Below, in pieces: positions 58,575 to 61,732 of a stretch of DNA of 61,732 nt. The notes beneath the pieces are model-generated. The model was not told the DNA's origin and did no database searches. It saw only the letters and a list, made by a program, of their open reading frames with translations. Positions within the stretch are counted from its first letter, which is position 1, and every line of letters begins with the position of its first letter. Made by a program: the position numbers and the translations under genes. This DNA comes from a bacterium (lineage in GTDB: Bacteria; Planctomycetota; Planctomycetia; Pirellulales; Pirellulaceae): contig JAUIHJ010000001.1 of the NCBI GenBank assembly GCA_030432015.1, positions 1 through 61,732 of the forward strand, written 5' to 3'.

Positions 58575-59317
58575 CGATAGCCCATTTTTTGCATTTCTTC
58601 GGACACAGAAGCCAATTCTTCCAGCGTATTGATGCTCAAGCCCTCGCACGGCTTAAGGACAGCCAACGCCTGAACGTCGCGGCCCGCGCGTTTCAGGATG
58701 CCGGGGCAATCGGTGATGTAATATTCTCGCTGCTGGTTTTGGTTGTCGAGCTGATCAAGCGCGCGCAGCAGATCCTCACAGTCAAAAACATAGGTGCTCA
58801 TGTTCACCTCGGTGATCTGTTTTTGGCTGTCGGTGGCATCTTTTTCTTCGACAATTCGCAGGAATTGGCCGTCGGTGCCGCGTACGATCCGCCCTAGGCC
58901 GACGGGATTTTCTCGGTGAAGCGTCCCCAGGATGGCGGCCGGCCGGTCCCGCTGCAAGGCGTCGAGCAAGTTGGCGATCGAGTCCGACTGGGCCAGCGGC
59001 GAGTCCCCGGTGACGATGACCACCGGACCATCGTGACCCTGCAGGGCGTCACGGCACATCATCACCGCGTGCCCAGTTCCCAGCTGTTCGGATTGCTCGG
59101 CGAACACCACCTCCGAGCGATGCGAGAGCGCTCGGCGAACACTTTCGCTCTGATAGCCGACGACCACGATCGCCTGAGCGACGCCCGCCGACTGCAGCGC
59201 ATCCAGGACGAATTCGATCATGGGCCGACCACACACTGGGTGCAGTACTTTGGGCAGGTCGGAGTTCATCCGCGTGCCCTTTCCCGCCGCCAACACCACG
59301 GCAATCGCAGGCTTCAT
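58562..59317 (-). CDS. glmU: UDP-GlcNAc pyrophosphorylase (GlmU N-terminal nucleotidyltransferase domain only)
   Basis: AVVLAAGKGTRMNSDLPKVLHPVCGRPM and EQLGTGHAV match the GlmU N-domain. The ORF ends at 251 aa, overlapping the prs start by 13 nt. No left-handed beta-helix acetyltransferase domain is encoded. Confidence 0.8.
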   Translation of the reverse strand: MKPAIAVVLAAGKGTRMNSDLPKVLHPVCGRPMIEFVLDALQSAGVAQAIVVVGYQSESVRRALSHRSEVVFAEQSEQLGTGHAVMMCRDALQGHDGPVVIVTGDSPLAQSDSIANLLDALQRDRPAAILGTLHRENPVGLGRIVRGTDGQFLRIVEEKDATDSQKQITEVNMSTYVFDCEDLLRALDQLDNQNQQREYYITDCPGILKRAGRDVQALAVLKPCEGLSINTLEELASVSEEMQKMGYRCAN

Positions 59318-59691
59318 GATTTGCTTCTCGGCTGGTGAGCAGGGAGATCAACCCGCGACGCCAAACATCGATGCGTCGCGACGTTGCAGGCGGTCCCGAA
59401 TAACTTCGGCATGCTCGAAATCTTGGCATGATCGTGCCGCGGTCGCCAGGGGACCTCGCGACTTTACCACGTGGATTTCTCGAAAAAATGAATTCGGGCC
59501 GCCGCGAGACCGCCTCACTGGACGGTCATCCGGGACCATCGGCCGCGACGAAAATGCGGGGCCCTACGCGACTCCTCATTGTTGCGCCCAACTCCCTCCA
59601 GGCACACTCAGCTCCGAGTGCCATTTCGGACCGCCATCCGCAGCGGCCGTTTGCGGCTGGACCTGTTCACGATCGAATGTCGCGGAAAGAA

Positions 59692-59762
59692 TTACCCGAC
59701 CAGGACTCGAACCTGGACTGAGGGAATCAAAATCCCTAGTGCTACCATTACACCATCGGGCA
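59692..59762 (-). tRNA. tRNA-Gln (anticodon UUG)
   Basis: Minus strand ugcccga-ug-gugu-aaugguA-gcac-u-aggga-uuUUGau-ucccu-cagu-ccagg-uucgagu-ccugg-ucgggua-a forms a standard 71-nt cloverleaf. Confidence 0.9.
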
Positions 59763-59823
59763 CCAATCTTCCTAGAGTTTACGTCCGCCGGGGCGGATCG
59801 AAAACCGGGGTACTGGACGTAGC

Positions 59824-60492
59824 TTATGTTTTCTCGCTCCGGTTCACAACAGCGAATGAGAGTTGCTCGAGTTCGATGGCCAAATCGACTTCGACATGCT
59901 TGACCGAGCTCGGCAACGCAATCGTGACGGGGGCGAAATTCAGGATTCCTACGATGCCGGCAGCGGCCAACAGGGTCGCCACTCCCTGTGCCTCCGGCGA
60001 CGGGACCGCGATAATCGCCAGTCGAATTTCGAGTTCATCGATCACCTCCGTCAACTGATCGAGGTGATACACCGGAATCTGTTCAATGTGCTGCCCGACA
60101 ATTGCGTCATCGACGTCGAAGGCAGCGACCACGCGAAAACCCTGCTGGCCGAATCCACGGTATCGCAGCAACGCGCGGCCCAGGTTTCCCAGCCCCACCA
60201 GGGCCACGGGCCACGAACGGTCCGTCCCCAAAATCTGCTTGATCGCCGCGATCAGCTCTTCGCAACGGTAGCCAATGCCGGGGTACCCGAATTGCCCAAA
60301 ATAGGCAAGGTCCTTGCGGACCTGCGCATCGGTGAACCCGAGCACCGTGCCGAGTTGCGTCGAGCTGGTAGTCTCGTGGCCGTACTGAACCAAGTGCTGC
60401 AATTCGCGAAGGTAGAGACTCAGCCGACTGACGACCGCCTTGGGGACCGTGCCTTCCGGTGACATGGGTGGTTTTGGCCGATCCTCGTCCAT
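59824..60492 (-). CDS. rex: Redox-sensing transcriptional repressor Rex
   Basis: VSRLSLYLRELQ...SSTQLG wHTH and LVGLGNLGRAL Rossmann motif. Start taken at MDEDRPK (60492); the track start at 60624 adds 44 codons. Confidence 0.9.
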   Translation of the reverse strand: MDEDRPKPPMSPEGTVPKAVVSRLSLYLRELQHLVQYGHETTSSTQLGTVLGFTDAQVRKDLAYFGQFGYPGIGYRCEELIAAIKQILGTDRSWPVALVGLGNLGRALLRYRGFGQQGFRVVAAFDVDDAIVGQHIEQIPVYHLDQLTEVIDELEIRLAIIAVPSPEAQGVATLLAAAGIVGILNFAPVTIALPSSVKHVEVDLAIELEQLSFAVVNRSEKT

Positions 60493-60663
60493 TGGGGCCC
60501 AACTTTTCGTGTGGGATTGCCAACTCGCGGAATGCAACAAGCAGGGGAGGGACGCGATTTCAAATCCTGTACTCCCTGCCGCCACTTTAGGACATCCGCC
60601 TAGGCGCCGACAAGGCAGCTTCACCGCAAACCGGGCGAAGTCAACCCACCGGGCGAAGCCAGC

Positions 60664-61128
60664 CTACCAGTCGAAGCCCGGGTTACGATCCAGCCAGATC
60701 CGGCCGGTCGAAGGATTGTAGAGCCAGCCACCTTCGTTCCCGACGGTCACGTCCGTGGCCATAGGTGGGTCGGTAGTAATCAGCTTCACCTCGCTCGACC
60801 CCGAAAATGAATTCTCCGGGAACTCCGGCAGGTAGGGGCCGTAGCCGCCAGCGAGCGAATCGACCGTGCCATCGAGGGTGGTCTTGCTGGTCAAGATTTC
60901 CGCCAGGCGCTGCGTGCGGTTGACCACGGGAAGTCCGCCCTCATGTTGACTGCGATACGCCGCGATCAGTGAACGAACCGTGCTGAGATGGTATTCCGCG
61001 CTGATTTTGCGAGTGTCGTCGGTCGACGTGCCGAATTGTGGAATCACCACGGCCACCAGCACGGCCATCATGACCGCCATGATCAGCAACTCGACCAGGG
61101 TCAGCCCGCGGCGAGGTCGGTACTTCAT
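60664..61128 (-). CDS. Prepilin-type N-terminal cleavage/methylation domain protein (pseudopilin-like)
   Basis: MKYRPRRGLTLVELLIMAVMMAVLVAVVIPQF is a class III signal peptide with the conserved E at +5 of the mature end. Confidence 0.85.
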   Translation of the reverse strand: MKYRPRRGLTLVELLIMAVMMAVLVAVVIPQFGTSTDDTRKISAEYHLSTVRSLIAAYRSQHEGGLPVVNRTQRLAEILTSKTTLDGTVDSLAGGYGPYLPEFPENSFSGSSEVKLITTDPPMATDVTVGNEGGWLYNPSTGRIWLDRNPGFDW

Positions 61129-61656
61129 CGTGCAGAATTCCTGGAGCGAGCGTTGGTCCTCGGGTGCGGCGCCTCACTGCGCCAGGCACCGGTGGAAAAT
61201 CGGTCTTCGCGCAAGCCGAGCGGCCGCTTGCAATGGTTTCCTACTTTGCGGCGATCCTCGTGTCAAAAAATGCTGGCGCATTATCGTCCGAAAAAACAGC
61301 CTGTTCCGTTGAGAGGGCGCTTAATCCGCGCCAAACCAACAAATCAGCAGCGACCAACTATTCGTTGACTTGAGCATTTCAGGACAGCTCGCTCTATTCC
61401 ACACCGAACGCCCAGATTTCTCAGCAATCCAGGCCCCCGTATTTTTTCCAGATCAAGCAGGCGTTTCATTTGGTCGAATTTTGACGATGTGCCAAGCAGA
61501 CCTTGGTACCCAAAGCGCCTGACTGGAAGCAAGGATGGAATTTCTTCCGACGGATCGGACCAACCCCATTTGGCGACCTATATTTGCCAAACGTTAGTTT
61601 TGCCAAATGAATCCCATCGTGTGACAACTTTGATTGTCAACAAAGGAGATCGGAAG

Positions 61657-61732
61657 ATGAAAAGTTACGTGGGGGTACCGATCTTAGTGGCCATCGCGCT
61701 GCTCGTATCGGTCAATACGGCTTCGGCCGGGT
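61657..61732 (+). CDS. 5' end of a secreted protein gene (runs off the window)
   Basis: AAAGGAGA Shine-Dalgarno 8 nt before the ATG at 61657. MKSYVGVPILVAIALLVSVNTASAG looks like a signal peptide. Only 25 codons are visible. Confidence 0.45.
   Translation, partial: MKSYVGVPILVAIALLVSVNTASAG

Noticed and set aside
61622-61639. Inverted repeat TGACAA-N6-TTGTCA just upstream of the last partial gene, plus a nearby TTTGCCAAA direct repeat.
   Set aside because: The arms are only 6 bp, which is easily a chance occurrence in this lower-GC intergenic stretch. There is no regulator context.

Overview
High-GC chromosomal segment that reads as core genome of a Planctomycetota (Pirellulales-like) bacterium. 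The taxonomic call rests on three DUF1501 genes, two giant PSCyt/DUF1549/DUF1553 heme-c proteins, H4MPT-pathway genes (mch plus an ATP-grasp ligase) and a prepilin-type protein. Coding density is high on both strands. Housekeeping content includes rpoN, ybaB, dnaX with an upstream SRP RNA, trpF, ahcY, parB, dnaB and rpsF-ssb-rplI. It also includes the glmU(N-domain)-prs-ctc-pth block, rex, tRNA-Pro(UGG) and tRNA-Gln(UUG). I found no rRNA, CRISPR array, transposase or integrase. No clear-cut novel defence or mobile system is visible, so the findings below are the honest best candidates. (1) An A10 run inside dnaX places a UGA stop directly in the -1 frame, like the recoding sites that make the gamma subunit in E. 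coli and Thermus. (2) Six near-consensus parS sites lie within 266 bp, four of them on an exact 36-bp period, about 0.8 kb upstream of a parB that has no adjacent parA. (3) Two paralogous PSCyt/DUF1553 + DUF1501 gene pairs bracket an FHA-adenylate cyclase. (4) An apparent mch / ATP-grasp / OleC-like AMP-ligase / SDR operon lies divergent from a DtxR-family regulator. (5) A secreted protein carries an extreme MPGM(S/G) methionine repeat. Smaller oddities are an internally deleted CsrA, a GlmU lacking its acetyltransferase half, an rpsF-ssb-rplI operon without rpsR, an orphan GroES and an ExeA-like ATPase with a ~480-aa acidic tail. Many long ORFs in the supplied track are antisense artefacts of the high GC content and were rejected. 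The track treats ATG, GTG and TTG as starts. Several starts were therefore moved inward to the first start that fits homologue N-termini or a Shine-Dalgarno sequence.
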